64,000 nt of DNA from the human T2T-CHM13v2.0 reference genome, Homo sapiens. The position numbers were made by a program, and so were the translations under genes. The stretch is taken from assembly GCF_009914755.1 (NCBI RefSeq), contig NC_060929.1. One strand, given 5' to 3'. Under the pieces are notes generated by a model that saw only the letters and a list, made by a program, of their open reading frames with translations, was not told the DNA's origin and searched no databases. This document shows positions 61,405-64,000 of this stretch, piece after piece. Every line of letters begins with the position of its first letter. Position 1 is the stretch's first letter.

Positions 61405-62105
61405 GTTTACCTCTTAAATACCTCCCACATAAGCCCCTTCCTCTCCAATTCCACCATTACTCCCCTAGTCCAGGCCATCATCTATTCTCACCAGATTATT
61501 GCTATAGCCTCCTGGCTAGTCTCTCTGCCTCCAGATGACCCCACTCAGATCTCTCTTCATTTTACCTGTGGTTAAATCTACAGGGCAACTTTGTCTTACC
61601 AGCCTCCTTTAAAAAAACCTTTCAAATGTCAAGAGTCAAAGCCTAGCAGTATGACATCTATGTCCTTCCATGACTTGGCCTGTTAATCTCTCTACTTTTA
61701 TTTCCTACCATTCTTTGCCTGGAAAGATAACGTAAAGCAAATATTGAGTTAACTTTAGTTCCATGCCGTGCCACGCTGATTCATGCCTCTGGCATTGCTC
61801 AGACTATCTCATCTAGCTAGAATGACCTCCCATTCAATCTCCATCTGCTTCATTGCTGCTTATTCTTCAAGATGCAGGTCTTAAACTTCACCCTTGAGGT
61901 GCCAGGCTGTGTTGTGCCCCTGTATGTTGCTACACTTACTCTGTGTATACTGCTAAGCCTGCTGTTATTCTGGCATAAAGAAATTGTCTCTTTTACGTAT
62001 TAGACCCAGAACATCTAGAGGCAAGGCTATGTGCATCCTATATCTATGGCATATTTCCCACCTGATAACACAATGCCTACTAGTGCTCTGTAAATGTTGG
62101 GTGAA
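61405..62105 (+). mobile_element. L2 3' region
   Basis: cctagtccaggccatcatc...attattgctatagcctcctggctagtctctctgcctcc...tagaggcaaggctatgt...taaatgttggg. Confidence 0.78.
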
Positions 62106-63224
62106 CATTCCTTGTCTGAGGGTCACTACTCCTAGTACCCTAAACTTTCATTCTGCCCCCTGCTTCAGCCTTTATTTGCCCCTACTTTTGACATCACGTT
62201 GCCTTCTCAATAGCACTCCTTCTGATTGTGCTTCCAGTCCAGTTCCCCTGCTGAGAAGGAAGCCCTGCCATAGCCATGCCCCTCAACATGGGCTAACCTT
62301 GCCTTGTTCTTGTGAATTCCCTTTCGTTTGGCTAAACTCTCTCCCAGTAAGAGGAGGAACCCTACCATGCTAAGAGGAGGAACCCTATCATGAACAAACG
62401 GATCACTTGTGATTCACGATGCAGCCCTCCTTCTGATAAGTACTGCCCTTTTCTTAGACCTTCCTTCCCTACTCCACCTCCTGGATTGAACTTTTCATAT
62501 CTAGCTCTAGTCCAAATCAGGCCTAAAAGAACATAGTTCTAGCATCTGTTTTTCAAAGTGAATCACTCTCCTGCAACAGGGACAACCGTTTTGCAGCTTC
62601 TACTTGAGCTTCAGCACCCTACAAAATACTTTTTACAAAGTACTTAGCAGGTTGGAGGCCCAGTTCTCAAATATTTTTCCATGATTTTTGAGGGAAGGAG
62701 CAGGAAACAAAATTCATATATATGTGAAAATTTTAAGAAAAAAATGTCAGTTTGGTTGTAGGTGATATGACGATGTGGTCCAGATTAAAAAGAAAGTTTT
62801 CAAAGCAGCGAAACACCAGTGTGTAGAGAAATTGAGACCAACTGCAATAGTATCTGCATCATACTTTTTCAAATTAATGTCTTCTTTAATCTGGACAATG
62901 TCATTATTTTCAGCTATTTCACACTAAAAATTTTATAAAGAGGAAATGGAAATTTTATAATTATTATAATTTTATAATTGAAATAAATTTATAATTAATT
63001 TTGTAATTATCGTTCATTTTCCAGAAAGAAAGCCAAAGACATCCAGTCACCATTGCTGCTACTGAGAAATGTCTGTGATGTTCTCAAGGATCATTGAGTG
63101 TGTTCTCTATGGTTGAAGTTAGAGTCCGTGTTTTAGGGTTCACCTGGAGCCCTTTCCTGAAACTAATATATTCCTCATCTGCACTTCATCAGCAACCATT
63201 CATGAAAGAAAGAGACACTGGCCA

Positions 63225-63410
63225 GTATCAGGACTGCAAAAACAAATGCAAAAGCCCCAATTTCATGAACAGTAAACCTCTGAGGCTCAAAAGGGCCCTA
63301 ACTTTATTTAATGCTCTGTTGTCAACCTCTTGAAAATCTTAAAAATTTTGTACAAGGGACCCACAATTTCACTGTGCATTGAGTCATACAAATTAGTTCA
63401 TCTTGGCTGA
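63225..63410 (+). mobile_element. MER91-type hAT-Tip100 fossil
   Basis: gctcaaaagggccctaactttatttaatgctctgttgtc...cttgaaaatctta...acaagggacccacaatttcactgtgcattg. Confidence 0.72.
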
Positions 63411-64000
63411 AGCAGTGATTATGAGTTTCTCCTGACACCTCCCATTAAAGTGTCATCAACCATTCACAAGTATCTTATAGCATATGAATCTAGGGGTATA
63501 TGTGAAAAGTGAGAGAGTTAATTCTTCCTTACCTATTTTCCTTGACCTTTCCAAAACTGCTAGGAATTATGTAAGAGCTAGATAAAAAGAAAAAAAAATG
63601 ACCCAGGAAACATAGCTGTGCTCATCAATATAATCTATGATAAATATGAAGCCTTATGTGCTATTAAAACATTTAATTAGGAAAAAAAGACAATTTCTAA
63701 ACTCAAAGATTCCTCCTGCTTAGAAAACCTACAGATGAAAAATTACACAATCATCTCGACAGCGGTTAATGTGCTCCTCTTCCTTTGTAATCATAACTGC
63801 AAGTGTTGTTAAAATTTTAGTTATTATACCAACATAAAATTAAATTTAAACTATTTTATTTATTGTTCAGCAAACTGCAACCCAGTTAAGAATTGTTGCA
63901 TTGTAAAAAGTTGTACCTTTTTTAAAATAATTCATTGAGCCTTCCTTTTAGTAGCCTGGATCAGAACAATTCCATTTGTTATTCATTCAGATTCACGTAA

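Overview
AT-rich primate (human or great-ape-like) non-coding DNA dominated by interspersed repeats. I see no host protein-coding exon, RNA gene or CRISPR array. Main elements: a full-length but dead L1PA3/PA4-type LINE-1 (minus strand, 19523-25776) with a target-site duplication (TSD), the ZNF93-site segment and an open antisense ORF0; a near-complete HERV-L provirus (minus strand, 32700-40005) with MLT2A1-type LTRs and gag/pro/pol/dUTPase remnants; two 5'-truncated L1PA copies; eleven Alus; solo LTRs; DNA-transposon fossils; old L1M/L2/MIR fragments. I cannot support a new gene system. The most unusual signals are probable DNA-repair scars: a mosaic, fold-back insertion in one HERV-L LTR, a triple-hairpin insert in a MER39 LTR, a ~275-bp local duplication at an L1 polarity switch, and several small tandem duplications. 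Subfamily names come from my recall of consensus sequences and need RepeatMasker/Dfam confirmation. Ends of old elements are approximate.
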